Assembly: GCA_963804345.1 (NCBI GenBank)
Contig: CAWDPX010000015.1
Span: 119,147 to 183,146, forward strand
Length of the DNA: 64,000 bases
Reading direction: 5' to 3'
DNA from: an uncultured Verrucomicrobiae bacterium
GTDB taxonomy: Bacteria > Verrucomicrobiota > Verrucomicrobiia > Limisphaerales > UBA11358
This document shows, piece after piece, positions 46,662 to 56,446 of this stretch. How positions within the stretch are numbered: position 1 is the stretch's first letter; every line of letters begins with the position of its first letter. The notes below the pieces were generated by a model. The model saw only the letters and a list, made by a program, of their open reading frames with translations. It ran no database searches and was not told where the DNA came from. The translations under genes were made by a program, and so were the position numbers.

Positions 46662-46664
46662 CGG

Positions 46665-47048
46665 TTACGCCTTTGCCAGAGTGGCGGCGGGCTTGGCCTT
46701 TAGCGCGTTCTTGGCGATGGTCACCAGTTCGCCAAACGCGGCGGCATCGGTGGCGGCGAGGTCGGCGAGCACCTTGCGGTCGAGCGCGCACTTGGCGGCC
46801 TTGAGGCCTTCAATAAAGCGGCTGTAGGTGAGGCCGGCGGCCCGGGTGGCGGCGTTGATGCGCACCTGCCAGAGATAACGGAAGGTGCGTTTTTTGACGC
46901 GGCGGTCGCGGTAGGCGTATTGGCGGCCGTGGTCAACGGCGTCGGAGGCGTAGCGGTAAAGGTTGGAGCGGCGCGCACGGTAGCCTTTGGCGGCTGTGAC
47001 CATCCGTTTGCGGCGTTTGCGGGAGGCGGCGGCGTTGGTAACTCGCAT
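46665..47048 (-). CDS. rplT: 50S ribosomal protein L20
   Basis: MRVTNAAASRKRRKRMVTAAKGYRARRSNLYRYA..AYRDRRVKKRTFR.LW..RINAA. Confidence 0.95.
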   Translation of the reverse strand: MRVTNAAASRKRRKRMVTAAKGYRARRSNLYRYASDAVDHGRQYAYRDRRVKKRTFRYLWQVRINAATRAAGLTYSRFIEGLKAAKCALDRKVLADLAATDAAAFGELVTIAKNALKAKPAATLAKA

Positions 47049-47085
47049 GAATCAGTTGAAAGTTAATGGTTGAAAGTTGAGAGCC

Positions 47086-47295
47086 TCAATGGCTGAACGG
47101 CAGATTTTGCGTGATGCGATACGCGTCGGTGGGATCCACCGTGGCTGAGCCACGGAGATGGCGCCGGCGCTTGGGATTCTTGGTCTGGGCCAGGTGGCGG
47201 ATGCCGGCGTGGTGGAACCGGACTTTGCCTGTGCCAGTGATCTTGAACCGCTTGGCCACGGACTTTTTCGTTTTGATGCCTTTGGGTCGTCGCAT
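47086..47295 (-). CDS. rpmI: 50S ribosomal protein L35
   Basis: MRRPKGIKTKKSVAKRFKITGTGKVRFHHAGIRHLAQTKNPKRRRHLR. Confidence 0.9.
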   Translation of the reverse strand: MRRPKGIKTKKSVAKRFKITGTGKVRFHHAGIRHLAQTKNPKRRRHLRGSATVDPTDAYRITQNLPFSH

Positions 47296-47374
47296 AAATC
47301 TTAATTACAAAAGAGCGCAAACTATACGCGGCGACAGGCGCTGAGGCAAGCGCCATTTTTGAATTAATCAAGAG

Positions 47375-49117
47375 GGGCGGCGGACAAAATTCTTCATCAG
47401 GCGGACAGGGAGAGAGTGTCATTGCGTTTGGCGTGTTGATTGAGCCGGTGTTTCCAGAACGGGTCCCAGCGCCGACTGCTGTGGATGCAACGCAACGCCA
47501 GCACGTTTTCTGCACCGGGCAGGGACCAGAACATGCCTGATTGTTTGCAGCGCGCGCCGATGACCGTCTTGCAGCCAGCCTCCACGACGCCCGAACCGAT
47601 AAAGTAACCTGCGGCGCGAAAGGAGCCATACTGCATGCGCTGGATATTGCGCTCAAAATAACCCAATTCCTCCCCCACGACTTGCGCTTGCGGTTGACCG
47701 AGGCAAGCTTGGCGGGTTTCTTTAATCAGCGACTCGACCTTGTCTTTGAGCAATCGCCTGGCCCAACGTCGCTGCCGGGTTTTGTGGTCCGGATGGTTTT
47801 TGCCCAGCAGGGCGTCGAGTACTCGGCCCGCGTGTTCCAGCGCATGATAAAAGTCCACGACCTGCACACAGCCTTTGAAGCAGTCTTTGCCCATGTTCTC
47901 CAAACCGGTGGCGCCGTCGATCAAGAGCACGGTTTTTCCTGCTGTGGCCAAGCCTCGGCGCAAGGCTTCCTGGCGCAGAATGGGGCCAAACTGGTCAATG
48001 GATTGGAAGCTGGAAACATAGGTGGTGGATTCATGGTCCCGCACGGGATGGCCTTTTTCATCCGTCCGATGCTGCGTAAAAACACAGCCCAGATAAACCT
48101 GGCGGGTCTTGGCCGTGCCGTCGGGTTGTTTGCCCGCCCTTCCGGCCAACTCCTTGGGGCGCATGGGCACACCGGTGCCATCGGCGCTGACATACATAAT
48201 GGGCGCGTCGCACCGGCCGGGTTGGGCCTGGCGCTGCTGCCAAACTTGCGCGTCCTGGCCCACTCGTTGCACGACGCGCTGGATTTGCCGGGCCGACACC
48301 TGGATGGCACCGGTTTCGGCCAGATGCCGCTCCGCTTTTTGGTAGCCTGTCTCATCGGCGCCCTCCAAACAGATCAGCCGGGCCAAAGCGGGCGTGTAGC
48401 CAACCTCCAGACCCAGCGCCGCATCGGCTGGATAGTGCCCCTGTTTTTTGCCCTCATGGTAGTAGTAGTCGCGCTCCAGTTGGAAGGTGCCAAACAAACC
48501 GTCCACCCGCAGGCACTCCCGTCCTTTGCGCTGCTGGCCGGGTGCGGGCTGATAGGCGGCATCGACACGGTCGGCCGCTTGTTGGAGCAGCCATTGCACC
48601 AGCGCATTGGCGGGCTTGAAGATGGCGGTGCGCACCAGCACTTCCAACTGCTGCACCGCCAAGCCGTTGGGCGTTTGCCCGCCAAAGTGCGCCATCAACT
48701 GTTGGATTTCCTGCTCTTGGGCCAGGAGGAGTTGTGGCGTGGGGTCTTTTTTTTTGCGCCCGCCACTCGCTCGGCGCGGGTTTTTTCCACCATGAGTTGC
48801 ACGTATTGCGCCATCAGTTCCTGGACCTGACGGTAGCCATCGATGGCGGCCTTGAGGTCGGGCACCTGTTCCGGGGGCACGTAGCGGGAAACGTTGCGGC
48901 CATTTTCATAGCATTGGTGATTATAGTAGGGCCCTTGCGGCCCTTGGCGAAGCACACTGATGGTGCCGCGATCCAGACGCTGGATTTGGGCGATGTCGTT
49001 GAGGAGCGATTGCGGAGTGGATTTGGTATTCATGGCCGGAAGTATATGTGTATGCCATATACCAAGGCAATAAAAAAAAGGCTAAAAACTGATTTTGAAG
49101 AATTTTGTCCGCCGCCC
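47375..49117 (-). mobile_element. Complete ISKra4-family-like insertion sequence (1743 bp) with 22-bp perfect terminal inverted repeats and a 9-bp target-site duplication
   Basis: IRL GGGCGGCGGACAAAATTCTTCA (47375-47396) and IRR TGAAGAATTTTGTCCGCCGCCC (49096-49117). Direct repeat AATCAAGAG at 47366-47374 and 49118-49126. Confidence 0.85.
47397..49033 (-). CDS. IS transposase encoded as two overlapping ORFs (112 aa plus 433 aa) joined by a -1 frameshift at A_AAA_AAG
   Basis: OrfB ..YVSADGTGVPM.., ..LLIDGATGLEN.. and ..GSGVVEAGCKTVIGARCKQSGMFWSLPGAENVLALRC..RWD.FW match my recollection of ISKra4 transposases. The OrfA frame reads GCA AAA AAA AAG at 48757-48746; the -1 frame continues KKDPTPQLLLAQEQEIQQLMAHFGG. 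Confidence 0.75.
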
Positions 49118-49180
49118 AATCAAGAGTCAACACGCGATGGCAGGGCAAACCGGCCGGTTAGCCCGGATTTGGTGGTGTCA

Positions 49181-49343
49181 AGGGCGTGTTGCCCAAATGG
49201 AACGGAGCGCGGGTGTCCCACCCGCAGCAGCCAGGATTGCCATATGAGCGCACAAAATTCCACGGGTTTTGGGGTTGTCGAACGTGCTGCGGCTGAGACA
49301 GCCGCGCTCCGCCGTCTCCAAACTGATTTGGGCAACACGCCCT
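49181..49343. repeat. Palindromic intergenic element bounded by 18-bp perfect inverted repeats (AGGGCGTGTTGCCCAAAT / ATTTGGGCAACACGCCCT)
   Basis: Direct reading. Inner arms GGAGCGCGGGTGTCCCACCCGCAGCAGCC.. / ..GGCTGAGACAGCCGCGCTCC. Confidence 0.6.
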
Positions 49344-49408
49344 CAAGTTGCGCCCAATCGAGAAGACGGTCATCGGTCCCAAGGCGGAATTCAGGTCATT
49401 CCGTCAAC

Positions 49409-51190
49409 CTAGGGAGCATAAACCGATCGGTAGAATCGCTTGCCGAACTGGCTCGCGTTGGTATCCACAAATGTAAACGGAGCGGTATTGGTCTGCAATG
49501 GAACCCAATTCACGAAATCGGTGGAGGCCTGGACGATGTACTGGCATCCCGGCACACCGCCAACGGTCATGGTGTACTGGCCGCTGGCATGGCCAACCGG
49601 GGCCAGGGAGCCCGCTACCGTGGCATAGACGGTCAAGACGGCGGTGCTATTGGTCGAACCGTTCCCGTCGGTCACCGTCACCGAATAGACACCGGATTGA
49701 TTGGTGACAATGTTTTTCAACGTCAACAACGAACTAACCGACGAAGACAGATTGGTGCCATTGAATTTCCATTGGTATTTCAAAGTCCCGCTGCCGGTGG
49801 CGCTTACGGAAAAGGCCTTGGTCTGGCCGACCAAGGCGGCCTGGTTGGTCAATTGACAACCCAGCAGGGGCCGCCCGGTGACCGTCACAGTGAACGTGCG
49901 GGTCACGATATTGTTGCTCTTTCCACCATCATTGACCATAACGGTAATCATTACCGTGCCGGTCTTGTTGAGCGCCGGCTTGAAGGTCAGGGAGCCCGTG
50001 GTGTTCGGACTGGTATATTTGACCGTCGGCTTGGGAATCAATGTGCCACTGCTGGAAATTGCGGCTACAGTCAGCGTCTGGGTTTCATTGGCCGCACCGG
50101 AGGTGATGCCGGACAGATTCACCGTTTGCGCGCTGGCATTCTCAAAGATGGCAAGGTCGCTGATGGCGTTCAACGTCGGCGGCTGGTTCACGGCGTTGAC
50201 CGTGACCGTAAAGGTCCGGGTGACATTGCTGTTACTTGTCCCACCATCGTTGACGGTGACGGTGACGGTTGCCGTCCCGGTTTTGTTGGCCACCGGCACA
50301 AGGGTCAGGGAGCCAGTGCTGTTCGTGCTGGTGTAATTCACCGTTGGATTTGGAATCAAACCCGTGTTGCTGGAAACCGCAGTGACGGTCAGCGTCTGGA
50401 TTTCATTGGCCGCACCGGAGGTGATGCCGGACAGATTCACCGTTTGCAGCCCGGAGTTTTCGCTGATGGTCAGGTTGCTGATGGCGCTCAACGTCGGTGG
50501 CTGGTTCACAGCGTTGACCGTGACGGTGAACGTGTTCGTGACGGAATCAACGCCGCCGTTGGCCGTGCCACCATTGTCATGGACAACCACCGTGACCGTC
50601 GCCGTGCCGAACGCATTCGTTACCGGCGCAAAGGTCAGGGAGCCAGTGCGGTTCGTGCTGGTGTAATTCACCGTTGGATTGGGAATCAAACCCGTGTTGC
50701 TGGAAAACGCAGTCACGGCAAGTGTCTGATTTTCATTGGTCGCCCCGGAGCTAATGCCGGATAAACTGACAGTTTGCAGCCCGGCGTTTTCATTGATGGT
50801 CAGATTGGTGATCGCATTCAACGTCGGCGGTTGGTTCACAATCGGAACATTCAAGGGAACCAGGTAGGACACCTCGCTTGACAACGGACTTTCCAGGTCC
50901 GAAGAAGCAAACGTTGTCGCCGCAAAGTAGTAGGTGGCTCCCGGGACCAGGCTGGAAATGGTTGTATTGGTTACGTTGCCAGCACAAATCTTGTTGGTAT
51001 AGGCACCGCTGGCTCCCCCGAAATATACGTTGTAACCCGCAACATTTGGATCAGTGCAGGCGTTCCACGCCAACGTTACACTCCCGGCCGCGAAGGCGGA
51101 AAGCTGCATAACTGAAAACAAGACGCTGAAGAAAAAAGACCCGAAAATGGTGCGTCTTGACCGAATTAATACTTGCACTTGGTACATCAC
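49409..51190 (-). CDS. Secreted adhesin-like protein: FN3-like module, three tandem cadherin/Ig-like repeats of about 106 aa, one Ig (I-set-like) domain, and a conserved C-terminal module
   Basis: Signal peptide. The repeats begin NQPPTL[NS]AI[ST][ND]L.I.EN... and end TFTVTVNAV. Ig-like segment ..FSVSATGSGTLKYQWKFNGTNL..SGVYSVTVTDGNGS. Confidence 0.7.
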   Translation of the reverse strand: MMYQVQVLIRSRRTIFGSFFFSVLFSVMQLSAFAAGSVTLAWNACTDPNVAGYNVYFGGASGAYTNKICAGNVTNTTISSLVPGATYYFAATTFASSDLESPLSSEVSYLVPLNVPIVNQPPTLNAITNLTINENAGLQTVSLSGISSGATNENQTLAVTAFSSNTGLIPNPTVNYTSTNRTGSLTFAPVTNAFGTATVTVVVHDNGGTANGGVDSVTNTFTVTVNAVNQPPTLSAISNLTISENSGLQTVNLSGITSGAANEIQTLTVTAVSSNTGLIPNPTVNYTSTNSTGSLTLVPVANKTGTATVTVTVNDGGTSNSNVTRTFTVTVNAVNQPPTLNAISDLAIFENASAQTVNLSGITSGAANETQTLTVAAISSSGTLIPKPTVKYTSPNTTGSLTFKPALNKTGTVMITVMVNDGGKSNNIVTRTFTVTVTGRPLLGCQLTNQAALVGQTKAFSVSATGSGTLKYQWKFNGTNLSSSVSSLLTLKNIVTNQSGVYSVTVTDGNGSTNSTAVLTVYATVAGSLAPVGHASGQYTMTVGGVPGCQYIVQASTDFVNWVPLQTNTAPFTFVDTNASQFGKRFYRSVYAP

Positions 51191-51535
51191 AGCGGTTCTC
51201 TACGCATAAGGCTTGCCAACCTGACAACGAGTCCGCAGGAAATTTTTGGAAACGAGTGACAAACTTTGGGACAAGGAAAACTCCTGAATTTATACAGAAA
51301 CAAATGCTTTCGATGCGGAAGTTAAATTTCAATATTTATTTTAAACACCGTGCCTCAATTAGCGGCATTCCATCCGGTTCTGACGAAAAAACCTTCAAGA
51401 CAGGGGTTGTCTTGAAAACGAGCAGTGATCATTGCAAATCGCACGCGCCAAAGACTTGTTGGCAGTGCCGCTGAAAACTTTAAGATTGCCGGCGCCTTAT
51501 TCGACCGCCGAATCAACTGAATTACACCGCCAGCC

Positions 51536-52684
51536 TCACCGCGTAATCCAACCGCCACCCACCACCAGATCGTCCTGATAAAACACCGCCGCCTGGCCGG
51601 GTGTGATGGCACGCTGCGGTTCATGCAATTTCACCTTCGCCCCGCCCTGCCCCGCTGGCGTCACCGTCGCTGGCGTGCCGGGATGGTTGTAACGGATTTT
51701 TACTGTGGCTTCGATTGTCTCCGGCGGTATGTCGAACGGAATCCAGTTGCAATGCTCCACCGTGAATTCGTCGCGATCCAGCGCCGAGTCGTCTCCCACA
51801 ATGACGCGATTGCTCGCCGCATCCAGTTCGATCACATAAACCGGCTTGGGCGTGGTGATGCCCAAACCTTTTCGCTGGCCGATGGTGTAAAATTCGATGC
51901 CGTCGTGATGGCCAAGCACGCGCCCGTGCAAATCCACAATCTCGCCGCGATGCTTCTGCGCGAGGTTCGCCTCCCGGAGAAACTTTCCATAATCGTTGTC
52001 CGGCACGAAGCAGATTTCCATGCTCTCCTCCTTGTCGGCGGTCTTGAGCTGGCACTGCCGAGCGACTTCGCGGGTGTCGCCCTTGGTTTTTCCGCCCAGC
52101 GGAAACATGGCTCTCGCCAGCTGGTCCTGCCGCAGCGAAAACAGGAAATAGCTCTGGTCCTTCTTCAAATCGCGTCCGCGCTTCAGGAGATAACGCCCCG
52201 GAAATTTGGTAGGGACGCGCTGCCGCGCGTCCGGGCTGACCGGCAGGTCAGCCCTACCAACCGGTTGAGAGGAATATTCAACCCGCGCGAAATGGCCGGT
52301 GGCGATGTATTGCGCGCCAAGCTGGTCTGCACGGTCAATCAGCCGGCCAAATTTCAAATTCTGGTTGCACAGCACGCACGGATTCGGCGTGCGCCCGGCC
52401 TTGTATTCGTCGGCAAAATATTGGATGACGTGCTTCTGGAATTCCGCCGACTCGTCAATCAGGTAATATGGGATGCCGAGTTGATGGCAGACGGCGCGGG
52501 CGTCGGTGACGGCCTGCGGGCCGCAGCACTTGTCCTCGGCGCGGTTCACGCAATCCTGCGGCCAGAGCTTGAGCGTGATGCCGATGACATCGTAGCCCTG
52601 CTCCAGCAACAACGCCGCCGTGGCGGAGGAGTCCACTCCCCCGCTCATGCCGACGACGACGCGCTGACGCTTTTGCGAATTCAC
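51536..52684 (-). CDS. mnmA: tRNA 2-thiouridine(34) synthase, with an in-frame hairpin-repeat insertion
   Basis: VVVGMSGGVDSS (PP-loop), CCGPQ, GRTPNPCVLCN, YIATGHFAR, DQSYFL, LGGKTKGDTR. Confidence 0.9.
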   Translation of the reverse strand: MNSQKRQRVVVGMSGGVDSSATAALLLEQGYDVIGITLKLWPQDCVNRAEDKCCGPQAVTDARAVCHQLGIPYYLIDESAEFQKHVIQYFADEYKAGRTPNPCVLCNQNLKFGRLIDRADQLGAQYIATGHFARVEYSSQPVGRADLPVSPDARQRVPTKFPGRYLLKRGRDLKKDQSYFLFSLRQDQLARAMFPLGGKTKGDTREVARQCQLKTADKEESMEICFVPDNDYGKFLREANLAQKHRGEIVDLHGRVLGHHDGIEFYTIGQRKGLGITTPKPVYVIELDAASNRVIVGDDSALDRDEFTVEHCNWIPFDIPPETIEATVKIRYNHPGTPATVTPAGQGGAKVKLHEPQRAITPGQAAVFYQDDLVVGGGWITR

Positions 52685-52749
52685 AGCAGGACATTATACA
52701 ATGCGCGGGCAGTGTGTAAATTACGTTTGCGGCGCAAAATGAATTTCAC

Positions 52750-52910
52750 GACCTCCCTCATCCCGGCCTTCTCCCCAAGGAGAAGGAGAATTGTTCGCCG
52801 TCTCTTTGAAAAGTCCACGGCGGGATTTGCCGGAAGTTTGTTCGTAAATCAGGCCACGGGCAATGGCTGTTCCTTCTCCCCGGGGGAGAAGGTCAGGATG
52901 AGGGCGAGCG
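52750..52910. repeat. Intergenic full-length copy of the palindromic CCTCATCCCGGCCTTCTCCCC.. / ..GGGGAGAAGGTCAGGATGAGGGCGAG element
   Basis: Two inverted arms of about 40 nt separated by about 80 nt. Same family as 21915-22055. Confidence 0.65.
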
Positions 52911-52987
52911 TTCCAGCCAACTTGCCTAACTCTTAATTTTCTCCACCACCAGCATCTCAATATGGGTCACAGGCTGGACCGTACAGC

Positions 52988-54652
52988 CTATTCCACATCC
53001 ACCAGGGTGAAACGAATTCGCTCGGTTATTTGAATGGGAACCGTTTGTCCTCGATTCATAGTTTCCATCGCTATGTTCTGATCGTAGGCGGCATCCACCA
53101 CCATCCCGAGCGCCGGATCGAACCAGGCATCGCCGGCAAATTTCCCTTTTATGTTTCGTCGGGGACTATTTTGAGCCGTGGCATCGGGTTTGGCTGAAAT
53201 GCTGCCCGCAACCCCGATGCGCATGCACTTGCGATCGTGATGTTGTTCCCAACTCTTGAAGGTGTACTCCATGTCGGTGGCCATGATGCCTACGGGACTG
53301 ACAAAATCCTTGGTTTTCCGCCAGCGATCGCCCGTCGCCACCGGCCGGTTGGGCATCATCTCCCCAAACGATGCATATTCTTTTAGAATGTCCCCGCTGA
53401 ACATTTGTTGGAATATCGCCCGGTCCTGCGGTTTTCCGATCGTTCCAACTTGTCGCATCAATTCCTCCAAGCCCTCCACTTTCTCCACCTGGCCATCCGC
53501 GTCGGTAATAAATTGGAAGCGGGTGCCGAGCTGCTTTCGCAACATGGCCGACACGGGAACGCCGGCATCCTGCGCCGTATCCTGTTTGGAATCGAAACTC
53601 GACACCTTGCGCTCTCCCAGGCTGACGTCCATTGTTTCGCCTGTAAATTCCAGATCCAATTGCCGGCCCCCGTTGTCGAGTTCCTTGCGGACGGACAGGG
53701 TATAATCCTGTGTCAGGTTCACCGACTGTTTGAACGACTGGGGCTGGCCGGACGACTTTGACTCCACGGTCTCAACCATCTCCGCCCGCATGGCGTAGGT
53801 CTTGCCAGCCTGCCACTGGATCTTCATTTCCGCCGGGTGATCGGACGGGGACTGGTGCGGTGTGAATTCGTTGACGGCAAGAGTTGCCGTTCCTGCCGCG
53901 AGCAGCACGCCCACGCCGGTAATGATTGCGGTTTTTGCTTTTGTCCATGCCATAAGTTTCAATGCTCCTTTGATGAGGGTTAAGGTTGAGCCGCTGGCCG
54001 CCGCGCCTTTGGTGATCGCGACCGCCGTTGCGGTTTTTGCAAGCAAAGCTGGCGCGGCTTGAACGGAGTTGGCGGAAATCGCCGCCGTCAGAACCGCCGC
54101 CGGAAGAACAACACCACGCTTCGTGAAGAACCGCCGCAGTTTTTCCACCGCGCGCAGGACACGCCTTTGCGCCGCCGCCTCGCTTACCCGTAACGCCGCC
54201 GCAACTTCGCAAACATTTTTGTCTTTGAAAAACCGCAGCATCACGGCGTCGCGATCTTTTTTGCCCAGCCGCGACATCGCTTCATCCAGCAAGGGCGCGA
54301 GTTGATTCCAGGCTGTAGCATCGGCGGGTTCCTGAAGGGTGGATTGCATATAGGCCTCCTGTTCGCGAAATTGACGGCGGCGTTCTCCGCGCAAGAAACT
54401 CAACGCCGTCAGCCGCGTCGTTTCATGCAGCCAGCCTTCCAGGACGGTGTCCGGGCGGAGGCCGGCGGCTTTGCGCGCAAGGATGACAAAGACCGCCTGC
54501 GTGATTTCCTCGGCATGGGCGGCAATCCCGACGTGACGGAACGCAATCGAATATACCAGATTGACGTGCCGCCGGACCAGTTCGGCAAAGGCTGCTTCCG
54601 AGCCTTGCCGGTCGTAATCCCGCAACAGTTCCATGTCGCTCACATCGGGCAT
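52988..54652 (-). CDS. ECF sigma factor fused to a TM segment and a roughly 300-aa unassigned extracytoplasmic domain
   Basis: MELLRDYDRQGSEAAFAELVRRHVNLVYSIAFR.., ITQAVFVIL.., DRDAVMLRFF... Anchor GSTLTLIKGALKLMAWTKAKTAIITG. Confidence 0.8.
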   Translation of the reverse strand: MPDVSDMELLRDYDRQGSEAAFAELVRRHVNLVYSIAFRHVGIAAHAEEITQAVFVILARKAAGLRPDTVLEGWLHETTRLTALSFLRGERRRQFREQEAYMQSTLQEPADATAWNQLAPLLDEAMSRLGKKDRDAVMLRFFKDKNVCEVAAALRVSEAAAQRRVLRAVEKLRRFFTKRGVVLPAAVLTAAISANSVQAAPALLAKTATAVAITKGAAASGSTLTLIKGALKLMAWTKAKTAIITGVGVLLAAGTATLAVNEFTPHQSPSDHPAEMKIQWQAGKTYAMRAEMVETVESKSSGQPQSFKQSVNLTQDYTLSVRKELDNGGRQLDLEFTGETMDVSLGERKVSSFDSKQDTAQDAGVPVSAMLRKQLGTRFQFITDADGQVEKVEGLEELMRQVGTIGKPQDRAIFQQMFSGDILKEYASFGEMMPNRPVATGDRWRKTKDFVSPVGIMATDMEYTFKSWEQHHDRKCMRIGVAGSISAKPDATAQNSPRRNIKGKFAGDAWFDPALGMVVDAAYDQNIAMETMNRGQTVPIQITERIRFTLVDVE

Positions 54653-54880
54653 TTGACTATTTATTGCCGATGGCCGCGAAATCAGACATTTAATTTTTCA
54701 ATCTTTTACTGCCGTGCCCGCACACGGGTTCAAGTGTTGTTCATAAGAAAGCGGTTCCGATGCATTGGGACCGCACTCAACAACGCGGCGCGAGTTGCGA
54801 CGGCGCACAACATCCGTGAAATGTCTTGGACTGCGCCAGCCCTCTGGCGCTTTGACCGGGGATCCCGCCAGACGAATGGC

Positions 54881-56344
54881 TTATTTTACTTTCTCCACCA
54901 CCAGCATTGTGATCGGCTCGCGACCCGGCACAAGTCCGAGGCCAAGTTGTTCAAGTGCTTGGTTTACGCTATCCAATTTTTGATTTTCCATGTCGGTTTC
55001 CTTGCAGTTTAAAACAAAATCGAAATGATTGGTGAGACCCGTCTTATTGATAACAGGGATGTTTGCCAAAGCTTCGGTTTCACTGGCCAAGTCACCCAAT
55101 GGCCGGTCTTGAAATTCGAGTCGGATTCCCGAATCTCTCCACAGCATGTAATCATTGGGGCTTGGGCGTGTGCGTTGTTTCAAGCCTGGCGCATTTGGAG
55201 ATTTCACCGTAAGAATCCAAACATCCACCTCACGCGTTTCAACTTTGCCAATAACACCGAATTTTCGTTTTACCTCTCGCTGCAATGCTTCATAATTCCC
55301 GTTCGCCAAACTCGCGATGAAGTCGAAGCGACCTTCCGGCAGTTTAGTGGAAAGAATCGTCCTCGCACTTTGGAAGCCATAAGCTGCCGCTACAACATCT
55401 CGAGCTGTGACTCCCGTTCCCATCAGTTTAGCGCTTTCCCCATCGCCACTTTGACCTCCGGCAAAAGAGGTAAACTTGCTGGAAAGAATTCTGACTTCTG
55501 GCGGTTGCCGATCCAGCACGCTACGAGCAAAAATGCCTTCATTTACCTGCCAAGTTGTTGCTCCGGCGGCGATCAACACTCCTGCGCCAATCATGATTGC
55601 CGTTTTGGTTTTTATCCAGGTCATAATATTCAGCGTTCCTTTCACCAGGGTCATGGTTGAAACCGCAGCGATTGACCCTTTGGTAATCGCCACGGCAGTC
55701 ACAGATTTCGCCAGCGCCACCGGCGCGGCTTGAACGGAATTGGCGGAAATCGCTCCGGCGATGATGGTCGTGGTCGAACTCATGCCGCGCTTCGTGAAAA
55801 ATTTCCGCAGCTTTTCCAGCGCCCGGTTCACGCGCATCTTCGCCGCGTCTTCGCTCGCGCCCAGCGCCGCGCCTACTTCCTTGAAATTCCGGCCTTCAAA
55901 AAACCGCAGCACGAGGGCGTCATGATCCTTTTGACCGAGTTGCTCCAGCGCTCCGTCCAGCAAGGGAGCGATTTGAGCCCAGGTTTCCGCCTCCGCTTCG
56001 CTTCGGCGCGACAAGTCGTCTTGCAGTTGGTCAACCTGCGATTGCATGAATGCCTCCTGTTCGCGGCGTTGCCGCCGCCATTGAATCGTCAGCGCATTGG
56101 CGCTCGCGTAACGCGCCGTGCGGCAGAGCCACCCACTTAAAATGGTTTTCGGGCCGAGCGACCCCGCCTTGCGCGCCAGAATGATGAACACCGCCTGCGT
56201 GATTTCCTCGGCCAGCTGCGGGTCGCGCACCTGCCGTAGCGCCACGGAATAAACCAGATTGACGTGGCGCGACACGAGCGCGGCGAACGCCTCCTCGGAA
56301 TTATGCCGGGCATATTCCCGCAGCAGGGTCAGGTCGTCATTCAT
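54881..56344 (-). CDS. ECF sigma factor fused to a TM segment and a TIGR03435-like C-terminal domain
   Basis: LTLLREYARHNSEEAFAALVSRHVNLVYSVALRQV... Anchor STMTLVKGTLNIMTWIKTKTAIMIG. C-terminal ..IPVINKTGLTNHFDFVLNC..ALEQLGLGLVPGREPITMLVVEKVK. Confidence 0.8.
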   Translation of the reverse strand: MNDDLTLLREYARHNSEEAFAALVSRHVNLVYSVALRQVRDPQLAEEITQAVFIILARKAGSLGPKTILSGWLCRTARYASANALTIQWRRQRREQEAFMQSQVDQLQDDLSRRSEAEAETWAQIAPLLDGALEQLGQKDHDALVLRFFEGRNFKEVGAALGASEDAAKMRVNRALEKLRKFFTKRGMSSTTTIIAGAISANSVQAAPVALAKSVTAVAITKGSIAAVSTMTLVKGTLNIMTWIKTKTAIMIGAGVLIAAGATTWQVNEGIFARSVLDRQPPEVRILSSKFTSFAGGQSGDGESAKLMGTGVTARDVVAAAYGFQSARTILSTKLPEGRFDFIASLANGNYEALQREVKRKFGVIGKVETREVDVWILTVKSPNAPGLKQRTRPSPNDYMLWRDSGIRLEFQDRPLGDLASETEALANIPVINKTGLTNHFDFVLNCKETDMENQKLDSVNQALEQLGLGLVPGREPITMLVVEKVK

Positions 56345-56446
56345 GGTTTCATTTATACATCTACGCCACCGCGAAAAGGTAACAGATTATTTTTGCGGCA
56401 GCGGGCGAGGTTTGGAACAAGGGCGCATCGTCATTCGCGCCCTTTT

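Noticed and set aside
46547-46664. A possible pheM-type leader-peptide attenuator upstream of pheS.
   Set aside because: The spacer contains no ATG, GTG or TTG-initiated Phe-rich mini-ORF. Only the hairpin structure is supported.
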